A stretch of DNA of 16,414 nucleotides from Ginkgo biloba (GCA_024626585.2 JANKJI020000002.1:183880831-183897244); one strand, 5' to 3'. Positions 1 through 11,016 are shown, counted from the stretch's first letter. The notes: generated from the sequence alone by a model not told the origin. A program made the numbers and translations.

Positions 1-600
1 TAAAGGTGGTGCAAAAGTCTTGTACATAACTCGTTTGTTAGAGTCTACACTTGTAAGATATAATTTGTTATCCCATGCCCCACAAAAGCCTTTTGATGGG
101 TTGAAATGTCCACTAGTCTTATGCCTTTCTTGTCATTTGTAAGATTGCAAGGATTATCATTTCTCCTTTTCACCCTCGGTGAATGAATGGCCAAATGCAA
201 TTCTAGTGTTCCACTCTCTTATTGTCACACCATTGTGGNNNNNNNNNNNNTTGAAGTTAGGCATGTCTTTTCTTATGGTTGTTGTCATTGTGTTCTTGTC
301 TTATTCTAATGCATCCTTCCTTCATCATGTCCTTCTTCCTTTGTTGGTCCAAAATGATCCTTCTTGTATGTAGCCATTTTGTACATCTTAAATCCATTGT
401 CCTCTAGTAAGATTTCATGCTTCATAGTTTGTTGACTGGAGAACATACTTGGTTTCCTTCTTTCTTGAATGACTTGTTTTTGAGCTTGCTCGCAATCTTC
501 ATCATGGCATTGCTTATGACTGTGGTAATAATTTTCTTCCTTCTTGTTTCATTTGATTTTCTGTTGTCCATCTCTATTGTTTAGGCACCCATTAATTGAT
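1..600 (-). mobile_element. Possible highly decayed retrotransposon gag N-terminal region
   Basis: Purine-rich - strand with weak gag-like fragments (KDMPNF, MIILAILQMTRKA*D*W). No decisive motif. Confidence 0.3.
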
Positions 601-734
601 TTTCTTGATTTAGCTAATTGAGATGGCTTAATGATTTTAAGTCACTTGTGAAGGTCATGTGACATTAATGTCACAAAGTGAAACCTTGGGCTGAACCTTG
701 GCTTTGAAGGGTCAACAATTTATCGATTGTGTTC

Positions 735-1573
735 TACCTTTTCATGTTTATGTTGGTGCATGATTGTTTGAAATCCATTGTGTGTTGGCACAAGCAACTG
801 AAGATAAAGTTTATTACCTAGTTTAGTAGGAAGTCGACACCCACAAAGAAGACTTACACAGTAATAGCGCTTGAAGGATTATAATTGGTGTATGCCATTA
901 AATTTTTTTAGCATTACTTATCATCCAACCCATTCTACTTCTTTGTGGATCACCAAGCTTTGATGTACCTGATAAACAAACTTTTATTGCAAGGGCGAGT
1001 AAGTCATTGGATGTTGTTGTTTCAAGAGTTTACATTCAAGATCATAGTTAAACTAGGAAAGACCTACGCCTTTCCTAGTCAATTATCATGTATTGAGATT
1101 GGCGAGGATGCTATAGGTGTCCATGATGACTTTCCAGATACCAGCTTATTTCATCTAGGAACCATCTTAGAGTGGTACACATTCATTGCGTAGTACCTCT
1201 CAATTGGCCAAACACCACGAAGATTGGATAAAGTGGAGCAAAAAAGTGTTGAACAAAAATATCCACCATATTAGCTAATCAGAGGAGCCCTATATCAGTT
1301 GGTACCCAACCATATATTATGACCTCGTGTGGTATCGCATGAGTGCTATAATTTGCCAGCGTTGTGAAATACTGGTTGGAGGACATGTGGCCAGTGATGC
1401 AATGACAAGAAAATTTTTACATGCTGGATTGTAGTGGTTGATGTTATTCAACACTATGAAACGATTGGCAAATAAGTGCGACGTGTGTAGAGAATGGGTA
1501 AACCCAATGTCAAATGCATCACCCCATCCCATCCCTGTTATTGCCCCTTTCGAGTATTGGTGGGATTGATTTT
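735..1573 (+). pseudogene. Degenerate Ty3/Gypsy pol fragment: RNase H, integrase zinc-binding domain and start of the integrase core (probably non-chromovirus, Athila/Tat-like)
   Basis: Manual translation through stops and frameshifts gives PFHVYVGA*LFEIHCVLAQ, FSRKSTPTKKTYTVIALEGL*LVYAIKFF*HYL..PFYFFVDHQALMYLINK..QGRVSHWMLLFQEFTFKI (Gypsy RNase H; includes ORF 945-1193). It continues GGHVASDAMTRKFLHAGL*WLMLF..KCDVC (HHCC zinc finger) and HPIPVIAPFEYW/GIDF (first catalytic Asp motif). Confidence 0.92.
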
Positions 1574-3307
1574 TTTTATTTTGAAAGCATAACGTAGACT
1601 AGTAAGCAAACTTCTTTTTCTCATTTCATTTTCTAAATAGAAGTTTTAACATCTTCCAAATTCTTTTGATGAAGTAGGCTAATTACCTCCTTCCCGTCGT
1701 AAGANNNNNNNNNNNNNNNNNNNNNNNNNNNNNNNNNNNNNNNNNNNNNNNNNNNNNNNNNNNNNNNNNNNNNNNNNNNNNNNNNNNNNNNNNNNNNNNN
1801 NNNNAATCACTATCATCTAATTCACCTAAGAGCAATATACATATCAATAGGATCCACTCTAAAAAATTCCATTCTTATTGGCTCTCTAAATACACTTTTA
1901 TTGCTAACTAAGACATTTCCTAGGTGTAGTCACTCCTACAATTACAAAAAATAAATATTTTTCATATGGAGGTGGGAATTTAAGAGGGGGGTTGATCATT
2001 TTAGAGTCAAATCNNNNNNNNNNNNNNNNNNNNNNNNNNNNNNNNNNCAATAACAAATTAAGAAAGGGGATCATCAATAATTTAAAACCAATTTTTAAAA
2101 AAACTTTGAGGATTAGGAAATGAAGATGAAGTAAAAAGTAGAGAAGGTATCAACAAAAGAACTAGAGGAAGAACTTAAGGAAGGAAAGATAAAAGAAAAT
2201 GGGGTGTTAGTGGTGGTGGAAGAACCTTAACATCCATTAATGATTACATGCCCTTAAAATTGTTAGATTTGAAAAGAACTTGACTTGAGAAAACTNNNNN
2301 NNNNNNNNNNNNNNNNNNNNNNNNNNNNNNNNNNNNNNNNNNNNNTATGACTTTTGTCATAATGAATTCTAGTTTTATTATTTACAACTAATGTAATTTG
2401 TACAAAACTATGAAAATAAAACCACTTGATTTAATGAAAACTAAATGATTATAACTAGATAATTAATTGGGAGAGCTACCCAGTTAACAATAAAAGGGAA
2501 AGCTTGGACAAAAAAGGGGTTTCCTCAAGAGTTTAAGGATTTGGTAAATAAGTTTTACAAGGATTCTCCTCCCAAAGGTATAAATACCAACATTAGAGTT
2601 CCTATAATATTAGTACTAGTACCCTAGGATTAGCTTTAAATCATGCTCTCTAGATATGTATTTATAATCATCAAGGAGGTGGTGAATGTGTAACATTTAT
2701 GATCATAGTATCACAATATTTATTTACTCTATATTTTTATTTTTCATAACATGAAAAAAAGGGGGTGTTGTAGATATAGGGAGCTTCTTATTAGATTCAA
2801 TTGACAAAAATATATTAAGATGGAAGAAGGATCAAGATAGGGAGGTCATGCACCTAGGATTGATCTAGTTAATGATCAATTATGTATTTGGAGGGAAATA
2901 GAGTATTTATGAATCTATACCATCACCTATCACAATATAAACTAATGACTTAGCATCATAAATTTCACCTTAGCAAGTAATGAGGGGATCCATTCCACCT
3001 CCAATACGTATGAAAGTAATAGTAATTCCTTTGACACTAGAAGAGAAACAAAAAGAAGAAGAGGAGCACAAGATAGAAGAAGGTAAAGAAAGAAGCAACA
3101 ATAATGGTTCTTGAAGTCACAATTAATACACTTGGTATGGCTAATGATTAATTGATAGAAGGAAAAAAATACCTAAAGAGGAAAGTAAGAAAATTAGAAG
3201 ATTGAGTGAGGCAATGCAGTCTAAAAACCATTTGGGAAACCATCTCCATATAATTATTTACCCTTACATCCATTGTTATCTCAGCCTCCATCTGAGCATT
3301 TGGATCA
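1574..3307. mobile_element. Nested insertion (likely LTR-retroelement derived) interrupting the Gypsy integrase
   Basis: The integrase reading stops at GIDF (1573) and resumes at MCLVNP (=MGPVNP, 3313). The insert ends in ...GGATCA (CA terminus) and is flanked by ATTTT (1569-1573) and ATTTC (3308-3312), a 4/5 candidate TSD. The left end lacks TG. It contains a 100-N gap, so true length is unknown. Confidence 0.75.
2400..2900 (+). pseudogene. Decayed accessory ('plant transposon protein'-like) ORF inside the nested insertion
   Basis: Reads VQNYENKTT*FNEN*MIITR*LIGRATQLTIKGKAWTKKG..RVPIILVLVP*D*L*IMLSRYVF, then after a frameshift VVDIGSFLLDSIDKNILRWKK..VMHLGLI*LMINY. From memory this resembles accessory ORFs of plant LTR elements (I..ATGL...G..W / H.GLI.L pattern); not verified by search. 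Confidence 0.5.
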
Positions 3308-3312
3308 ATTTC

Positions 3313-3765
3313 ATGTGTCTAGTCAATCCTCTAGTGTGAAGAACTCAACCGATGTATGTGTTGGTTGCCACATGTAATGTGACTTCGTAGTGCGAATCTC
3401 AACCAATAATTCATCAAGTTAACTACGCATCTGCTAAATGTTTGTATAAAGTTATTGTGACTCGCTTTGGATGTCCATTATTGTACCTAGTGATTAAGAG
3501 GGGTGTTTTCTAATTAAGGTTGTCTAGGAGTCAATGAAGCATCTTATGATCACACATAAAACGTCAACCCCCTTTTACCCATGTTGTAATGGAAAGACAA
3601 ATATACCAACAAAGTTTGGAAGAAGTGTTATGGAAAATTTGTGACTTGAGGCATTTGAATTGGGCATAGGAAGTCTATTTAGTTTGTGTGTGGCTTTTCG
3701 AACTACTTTCAAATGAGTAACTAGAATAACACCATTTTAGTTGGTGTATGGATTAAAGGTGGCGG
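3313..3765 (+). pseudogene. Degenerate Ty3/Gypsy integrase core (rve), continuation of 735-1573
   Basis: Translation MCLVNPLV*RTQPMYVLVATCNVTS*CESQ..AKCLYKVIVTRFGCPL..(SD.G)..HKTSTPFYPCCNG..AFRTTFK*VTRITPF*LVYGLKVA matches Gypsy integrase motifs (YILVATDYVTKWVEA, TRFGCP, STPYYPQ.NG, TPF.LVYG). Many stops and frameshifts. Confidence 0.9.
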
Positions 3766-3949
3766 GTCAATTGAATTTTGGGATTAGATATGGGGTTCAA
3801 TTACCAAAAATATTGGAATGGCTAGATGTGAAATGATATATATAAACTTGGTATAAGGAAACATACAAACATAGCTTGGTGTAGCAATCCTCATCTTCAT
3901 TTAAGAAGTCAAAATTGTCTAGTGAAAAGAAGTAATGTGTAGAGTCAAC

Positions 3950-4526
3950 TAGTGATGTAGAGGATGCAACAATGGTTGATTATGGCCATACAAGTGTATA
4001 GGATTGGGCACAACTAGAGATTGTTGTTCTGGATTGCGAGGCACCATTAATATTGGCTCAGTCACAAGTTGAGGAGGCTTCAATAGTTTCAAATGAACCA
4101 ATGAATGTTGCAAAGATGAATTCATGTGTAGCTCTTGCGATTAAGTGTTGACCCTCATGCCCAACGACCAATAATAGAAGATGAAGTTGATGATATCGTT
4201 ACTCATCAATTGCAACATGGAATGAATTAGTAGAGGACCAATGAGTTCAATTGGTGGTTAAGAATTTGTGTTTTGCTTTTGTGCTTTCCACAATAGTAGA
4301 CAAATGGATTCAGATTGACTAGATTGAGCAAACCTTAGAAGAAGGATTGGATCCTTCTGATCGTGAATTGGGGAGCCAATTTCAATGGAAGTTGATTAGG
4401 CAATTGGTTAAAGCATTAGAAGCAAAAATTAAACCTTAGCCTTAGATAGTGACTGTGGAGTTGAAAGAAGTCCAAGATCACACAACTAGAGCTAAGTAGT
4501 AGTTAAAATATTTGCAGGCACTTGTG
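3950..4526 (+). pseudogene. Decayed acidic/coiled-coil ORF downstream of the integrase, probably retroelement accessory sequence
   Basis: Coding-like frames with scattered stops, e.g. DVEDATMVDYGHTSV*DWAQLEIVVLDCEAPLILAQSQVEEASIVSNEP and IEQTLEEGLDPSDRELGSQFQWKLIRQLVKALEAKIKP*P*IVTVELKEVQDHTTRAK**LKYLQALV. No family motif recognised. Confidence 0.35.
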
Positions 4527-5005
4527 NNNNNNNNNNNNNNNNNNNNNNNNNNNNNNNNNNCAAATGTTGATCGATAGTTTAGAAGATATTTTTAGAGGAA
4601 GATTCTGGCTAGATTTGAAGATTTGATGCTCATGTTTGGTGCCTCGATCATTGAAGCCAATTAGGCCCAAAAAGGCAAATGCACAATGATTTTGAGTGGG
4701 ATTTGGTTGATACTGCTGGGAAATATCAATAGGTAGATGACAAGGCAATGGATAACAACATAGAGTTCTAATAGAAATTGTNNNNNNNNNNNNNNNNNNN
4801 NNNNNNNNNNNNNNNNNNNNNNNNNNNNNNNNNNNNNNNNNNNNNNNNNNNNNNNNNNNNNNNNNNNNNNNNNNNNNNNNNNNNNNNNNNNNNNNNNNNN
4901 NNNNNNNNNNNNNNNNNNNNNNNNNNNNNNNNNNNNNNNNNNNNNNNNNNNNNNNNNNNNNNNNNNNNNNNNNNNNNNNNNNNNNNNNNNNNNNNNNNNN
5001 NNNNN

Positions 5006-5900
5006 CCTTTTATTGATGCTATGGCAATAATATTTGTATCCAAAGGCAAAATAAGGGACTCAATCTTGATAAATGTGTTCATATGGAAGAAATATAAAGG
5101 GACACGAAATGTTGTTTGACTTTGAGGGAAGTTGGGCAGGGGAAGTGAGAAATACATGTCCTGAGTTATGTTTTAAAGTTTCAAGGTGGTGAATAAAGAT
5201 CAAATTATAATTGCATTTTGAAAATTTCAAAGGTAACTCTGGTCCATGTATTGGCAAAGTGAAATGGGTGTGAAATTGGTGTAATGAAATGATGTTATTT
5301 ATTTAATGAAGTTGGTTTAATGTTCCTAACTTCCTTGTAACCATTCCCCCCCTATGAAATGTGGGAAGAAGATAAAGAGGATGGCTTTTCCCTTGTATGA
5401 TTTTTCTCCTATAGGTGACTTCCATCCCAAATGATGTCAACTGCTGTATTTACTTGCATTCATTCTACTATAAGCAGAAGTTCAAAGGCTTGAGAATGTG
5501 TTAATCCTAATCTATGTTGTTGATCGGCCCTTGAATGCATGTTGAATGATGAATGGTTGGTATGTGGAACATATAATTCCTCCTCTACTTTGTTTATATC
5601 CAATACTTCTCTTAGTAAAGTTGGCAAAAGGGATGTATATCATCCTTTTCTTTGATGTTTTTTTGGGTTTTGTTTTGCTTAGTGACATTGGGAAATGGGA
5701 TATTGAATCCTGTTCCTCCTACCTAAGTGTTGTGAAGTTTCTTTTATAGTTATTAGGAATCATTGTTTAAAGTCAGGTTAAATTGTGTAAATCGGCAGGC
5801 TCAATAGCTAGTAGGGGATCTCATCTCACTGCTTACCAAGTAAAAAACAAAGAACCATATTGACAGTTTTATGCACAAAATTAGGACACCAATTTTCTAG
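5006..5900 (+). repeat. Unidentified ~0.9 kb dispersed repeat, copy 1 (left end in gap)
   Basis: Collinear by-eye match to 11620-12520. Shared blocks include aaggtaactct, gcaaagtgaaatggg, taatgaagttggtt, aaatgtggga, atggcttttccctt, tataagcagaa, cccttgaatg, gttattaggaatcat, ccaagtaaaa..aaagaacca. Confidence 0.92.
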
Positions 5901-6167
5901 AGTAATTCAGGCTTTGGATCATGGTGATATTCAAGTGTTTTTTTAAGGAAGAACTTATCTGCGAGTGAGCGTTTTCCTCACTTGGAGTGTCCAGGGTTCT
6001 TTCAGAATGCACCATCATGTCTTATGGAGTGTGGTAGAGTTCTTACAGTATATTGCAAATATATAATCAAGCCGATTGGAATCATCACACTTTCTGAAAA
6101 AGTAGGCATGGAGAAATAATTAAAGAATGAGTTCAGTTGGGTTTGCTTTATCAAGTTTTTATTGCAG

Positions 6168-6257
6168 CAGCTATTTTCATGCCTTGTGATTGGGTGGTGG
6201 ACACTCAAATTTGAATGCTGGCTTACATTGCTTGATATGATGCAACTGCAACATGAG
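6168..6257 (+). pseudogene. Exon-like segment A of unidentified origin
   Basis: T-rich tract plus TTGCAG|CAG acceptor and GAG|GTTCAT donor; 90 bp. Phase-0 frame is open (QLFSCLVIGWWTLKFECWLTLLDMMQLQHE). An alternative frame, AIFMPCDWVVDTQI*MLAYIA*YDATAT*, has only TGA stops. Confidence 0.35.
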
Positions 6258-6342
6258 GTTCATGCTGTGAATGCATAGTCTTTTGAGCACTCAGTTTTAT
6301 ATTGAAGAATGCAAGATGATTCAAGCGCGGAAATTAAATCTA

Positions 6343-6758
6343 GATGGTGGCTTTTACCTTGTATGATTTCTCCCTTATGGGTGCCCTGTTCCCAAAGGAT
6401 ACCAAAAGTTGGATTTTTTCGCTTATATTCTAATAGAACCAGAAGTTCAAAGGCTGAGAATGTTTTAATTCTAATTTATGTTGTTGATTGGCCCTCAGAC
6501 ACGCATTGAATGAAGAATGGACTTTGAATATGTGCAAATATATATTTCCTCTACTTTCTTTATATCCAATACTTTGGTTACTAAAGTTTGCAAAAAGGAC
6601 TTTGAATATTCCTTTGTTTGTGAAGTATTGTTTTGTTTTATTTCCAATACTTGGTGTGAAGTTGGCAAATGGACATTAATCGTCCTCCTTCTGCCTGAGT
6701 GTTGGGGAGTTCCTATAAATGTTATTAGGAACCATAGTTTTAAAGAGGAATTCAAATT
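6343..6758 (+). repeat. Unidentified dispersed repeat, partial copy (runs into gap)
   Basis: Matches ~5380-5775: tggctttt.ccttgtatgattt, cagaagttcaaaggct.gagaatgt.ttaat.ctaat.tatgttgttgat.ggccct, tttatatccaatactt, gttattaggaa.cat. Confidence 0.9.
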
Positions 6759-7889
6759 NNNNNNNNNNNNNNNNNNNNNNNNNNNNNNNNNNNNNNNNNN
6801 NNNNNNNNNNNNNNNNNNNNNNNNNNNNNNNNNNNNNNNNNNNNNNNNNNNNNNNNNNNNNNNNNNNNNNNNNNNNNNNNNNNNNNNNNNNNNNNNNNNN
6901 NNNNNNNNNNNNNNNNNNNNNNNNNNNNNNNNNNNNNNNNNNNNNNNNNNNNNNNNNNNNNNNNNNNNNNNNNNNNNNNNNNNNNNNNNNNNNNNNNNNN
7001 NNNNNNNNNNNNNNNNNNNNNNNNNNNNNNNNNNNNNNNNNNNNNNNNNNNNNNNNNNNNNNNNNNNNNNNNNNNNNNNNNNNNNNNNNNNNNNNNNNNN
7101 NNNNNNNNNNNNNNNNNNNNNNNNNNNNNNNNNNNNNNNNNNNNNNNNNNNNNNNNNNNNNNNNNNNNNNNNNNNNNNNNNNNNNNNNNNNNNNNNNNNN
7201 NNNNNNNNNNNNNNNNNNNNNNNNNNNNNNNNNNNNNNNNNNNNNNNNNNNNNNNNNNNNNNNNNNNNNNNNNNNNNNNNNNNNNNNNNNNNNNNNNNNN
7301 NNNNNNNNNNNNNNNNNNNNNNNNNNNNNNNNNNNNNNNNNNNNNNNNNNNNNNNNNNNNNNNNNNNNNNNNNNNNNNNNNNNNNNNNNNNNNNNNNNNN
7401 NNNNNNNNNNNNNNNNNNNNNNNNNNNNNNNNNNNNNNNNNNNNNNNNNNNNNNNNNNNNNNNNNNNNNNNNNNNNNNNNNNNNNNNNNNNNNNNNNNNN
7501 NNNNNNNNNNNNNNNNNNNNNNNNNNNNNNNNNNNNNNNNNNNNNNNNNNNNNNNNNNNNNNNNNNNNNNNNNNNNNNNNNNNNNNNNNNNNNNNNNNNN
7601 NNNNTTTAATTTTTTGCCTTGAAAAACAACTTGGTGGCTTCCTTTTCCATCAATTCTAGGATTTTAATTGTAATTCTTTGCTGAAAGAGGTTTCCAAATA
7701 ACCTCTTCACATGATGATGTATCTTTCCAGTCCCATTGACTGTTTTTGTTCATTTGTGAACATTAACACAATTTCTTTCTTTCTTCCTTCAGCATGCCGT
7801 GCTTACGGCACAGTTTGACTGTTCAATTCCCTCTATGTGCAGTTTGACTGTCCGCATAGTGTTTTTTCAGACATGATTCTAACTTGTAG

Positions 7890-7970
7890 AAAGCTATAGC
7901 ACTGACAGAAAGTTCTTAAGCAGTGGGCTCGTAATATTCCAATGCTTCATTCTGAGAATTCTAAGAATGG
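7890..7970 (+). pseudogene. Exon-like segment C of unidentified origin
   Basis: CTAAC branch-like motif, TTGTAG acceptor (or ACAG at 7908) and GG|GTACAA donor. Coding-like frame KVLKQWARNIPMLHSENSKNG; true frame ambiguous. Confidence 0.3.
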
Positions 7971-8497
7971 GTACAATTATATTCTTGTTAAGGAGGCATC
8001 GAATTCACTCATGGGATTGGTCTTCTAACCGAGACTTTATTGGAAACATTGGTGTTGTGAGCATTCCATAATTTGCAACCAGCACTTTTGGGAGATAGCA
8101 TAAGATACAATGGGAAGATATAAATGAAATTGTACATTAAGCTAATATAAAGCCAAGAATGTATCAACCCATGAACAGTGGAGTTGCAAGCAAAACTTAA
8201 GTCTTGGAGTATGACAGCAGATGTTTCTATGTGTTACTTCAATGGTTCAGATGCACTTCCACTAGAATTTTCAGTCTTCTTTGTTACATTCTCCCCTGCT
8301 TAAAGTTGGTCGTGTGGTTTATCATTTAATCAATGGATACAATAAAGGCATTGCTTAATCTGGATTTTTGTTGGTTGGGGGAAGGGTGGAGTTGTCTTCC
8401 TGATCAGAATTTATTCTTTTTCTGCTCTTTATTGTCTATTATGTTGGCCTGTGCATAGTGGAGTCTGTTATGTCTGGGCATCAATTTTTCATCTCAG

Positions 8498-9004
8498 TTG
8501 CTACAACAGTTTATGCTTTCCAATGTATTTCTGGCAAACTTCAGCGTTGGGCTCTGCAAATTTTATGGCAGACATTTATCAGAGGACAAGGATGTAGAGT
8601 TTATGCTGAAGTCTCAAAGTCTTAATATGCCATTATTTAAAGATGCTCGTCTCTATGGCTTATGCACTACACATTTTCTCAGATCAGTGATTTGCAATGA
8701 GGACATTGCTGAATTTGGATGGGAATTGGAGATGTGAGTTTTACCAGATGACTTTCTCATACTTTTTTGCTCTAGTAAATTCCTCTATGTACTACCTAGC
8801 TTAGAGTCTCTTCTAGGGCAGCAAGACGTCACTATCATCATTAGTTATTATACTTTTCCTTTATATTTGTTATCAGTGTGATATAATTATGCTTTTTGTG
8901 TGTTGCTGCCACAGTGATTCTTACAGCAACTGGGAAAACTGAGTCATCGAGGTCAATGGAATGCCACTGTGACCCAACAACAGGCTATTGCTCTCACCAA
9001 CAGG
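8498..9004 (+). pseudogene. Two exon-like segments (D 8498-8733, E 8915-9004) separated by a 181-bp GT-AG intron; unidentified, probably pseudogenised gene
   Basis: TTTTTCATCTCAG acceptor, 78 open codons, strong AT|GTGAGT donor, U-rich intron, CCACAG acceptor. Spliced: LLQQFMLSNVFLANFSVGLCKFYGRHLSEDKDVEFMLKSQSLNMPLFKDARLYGLCTTHFLRSVICNEDIAEFGWELEIDSYSNWEN*VIEVNGMPL*PNNRLLLSPTG. Both stops are TGA (8940, 8970). Confidence 0.55.
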
Positions 9005-9063
9005 GTTGCGTTGGAGTTGATGGATACATTGATTATGAAACGTTTAGGGTTTTAACTACACAC

Positions 9064-9687
9064 TGTTAGGCATAACAATTAGAAAGTTGCATTCATTGTA
9101 GAAGATTACACATTGAGTCTTGTTGTTGTAACTGAGAATACATAGGTTGTAGAAAAAGATGTATTTATTAATATAGTACTGTAGAATACATAAGATAAGA
9201 TGAGAACTGCTTGATTGATTGATTGATAGATGATTTGCCGCTATGGTTGTTTACAATATATATGCGTTCAAAGGGCATTTATTCCCCAAAAATGGGTCAT
9301 TACAATGAAGGGGTGCGCCCCATAATTGCAACTGTCTGTTATCCTAACTAATCTGTTGTTACAGTTGGCGAACGACTGTCTGTGTTGGCAAGCAACTCAC
9401 TGAAGGTCAACGAACGACTCATTGAAAGTCGACGAACGACTCACTTATACTATCCACACTCCACCTTCCCAATTATCAATTGCTCCACTATTGTAGTTAT
9501 TGGTTGCTCTGTCGTTCCAGTACAGGTCTCTCTACCTTCCTAGCTATCGGTCGTTGGCCAATCTAAATGAAACAACCAAAATACAACAAATTGGCTACTT
9601 AGATTTCTACAGCTAGCAAATGAAAAATTTGGCCTCTAACAACCTTATTCTCTTTTCTTCCCAAAAGATTTGATGAGGGTTCTAATA
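9064..9687 (-). repeat. 3' LTR of the - strand chromovirus (left boundary uncertain: 9064 or ~9127)
   Basis: Begins directly after the PPT on the - strand (TATTAGAACCC, i.e. a decayed TGTTAG). TGTTAG at 9064 forms an imperfect terminal inverted repeat with CTAATA at 9682-9687. 9230-9445 is homologous to 11028-11250. Confidence 0.7.
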
Positions 9688-9690
9688 GGA

Positions 9691-9702
9691 CCTCCCCTCC
9701 TC
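9691..9702 (-). other. Polypurine tract (PPT)
   Basis: GAGGAGGGGAGG on the - strand between the end of the chromodomain ORF (9717) and the LTR start (9687). Confidence 0.8.
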
Positions 9703-9716
9703 AAGATGCTTTTCCC

Positions 9717-10916
9717 TCAAAGCATGGGCAATGATGGGTATCTTGCGAAGATATCATTAGTCTCCCATGAGGCATCTTCCAAGGGCAAGTTTCTCCATTT
9801 GATCAGAAATTCAGTCACCACTTTATTTCGGAGCATCTTTTCTTTAACATCCAAGATGACTTCCAATTCTAGTACTAGTTGCCTTTCTTCGTCCAAGAGG
9901 GGCAACTTTGTTTGCGCTGTGATGTGCTTACCCATCTTTTTCTTTAAGAAGGAAGCATGGAATACATTATGAACCTTAGAAGAGGGGGACAAATCTAGAG
10001 CATATGCTACCTTGCCAACCTTCTCGAAAATTTGGTATGGGCCATAAAACCTTGGGGGTAGTTTGTCCTTTTTGCCTTTCTTCAAGGTAGACTTTTTATA
10101 ACGCTGCAATTTGACATACAACTAGTCTCCAACCTCAAACTCTCGTTTAGTATGTTGTTGATTGGCCTATAATTCATTCTGTTTTGTGCTTCAATAAGAT
10201 TACCCTTTAGAATTTGGAGTACTTCATCACTATCTTGCAATAAATCTTCTATAGGCGGCATATGGGGTTCTTCCCTAACCTAATCCAGAAGTTGGGGAGA
10301 CTCGTAGTCATAAAGAGCTCTAAAAGGACTCATTTGGATGGAGAATTGATAGTTGGTGTTGAATTAGTACTCTGCCACAAGTAACCAACTAACCCAACTT
10401 CCTTACTTGTTGCATACGAAGCTCCTTAAATAACCCTCTAAATTTTATGAACTGCTTTGGTTTGGCAATTCACCTAAGGGTGGTAGTTGGTACTATAACT
10501 GAAGGTAGTCCCTATTTTATATAATAGATCCCTTAAAAAATGACTCAAAACTTTGGAGTCTAGGTCACTTACAATGGATTTGGGAAACCCACGCAGTCGA
10601 TGGACAAACTTCATGCACAAATCTGCAACCCTACTCACTGAAGAGGTAGATTCCAATGGAATNNNNNNNNNNNNNGCGATCAACAACTACAGAAATGTAA
10701 TCCTTCGCTTTCCCCTATGGTAACCCAGTGATAAAATCCATGGAGATCTCTTCCCATTTTTTATTTGGAATGGGGAGGGGCTACAATAGTCTAGGGGTTC
10801 TTATCCTTTCGTACTTACTTCTTTGGCAATCTTCATGTTCAGTGATATAATTTTGCACCTCCTTCTTCAACCCTCTCTAAAAGAAAGATTGCTTCACTAG
10901 TGAGTAAGTTTTGAAG
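9717..10916 (-). pseudogene. Ty3/Gypsy chromovirus integrase with GPY/F region and chromodomain (Reina/Tekay-like), degenerate
   Basis: KTYSLVKQSFF*RGLKKEVQNYITEHEDCQRSK..LL*PLPIPNKKWEEISMDFITGLP*..VVVDR; HRLRGFPKSIVSDLDSK..STNYHP*; SPFRALY; KLPPRFYGPYQIFEKVGKVAYALDL..VHNVFHASFLKK; chromodomain EFLIKWRNLPLEDASWE. In-frame stops and at least one frameshift. Confidence 0.96.
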
Positions 10917-11016
10917 NNNNNNNNNNNNNNNNNNNNNNNNNNNNNNNNNNNNNNNNNNNNNNNNNNNNNNNNNNNNNNNNNNNNNNNNNNNNNNNNNNNN
11001 NNNNNNNNNNNNNNNN

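Noticed and set aside
695-712. GGCTTTGA as a remnant of a tRNA-Met primer binding site on the - strand
   Set aside because: Only a partial match to GCTCTGATACCA, with no adjacent LTR end.
6517-7659. Long ORFs of 380 and 296 aa (also 4768-5157, 4778-5119, 10839-11045)
   Set aside because: Artefacts of translating through N runs (6759-7604, 4782-5005, 10917-11016).
7711-7905. Possible intronic C/D box snoRNA (ATGATGA)
   Set aside because: No CTGA D box at a suitable distance, and no terminal stem or recognisable guide.
9670-9972. 100-aa + strand ORF
   Set aside because: Antisense shadow of the integrase/chromodomain ORF; 1317-1532 (-) is likewise a shadow of the + strand integrase.
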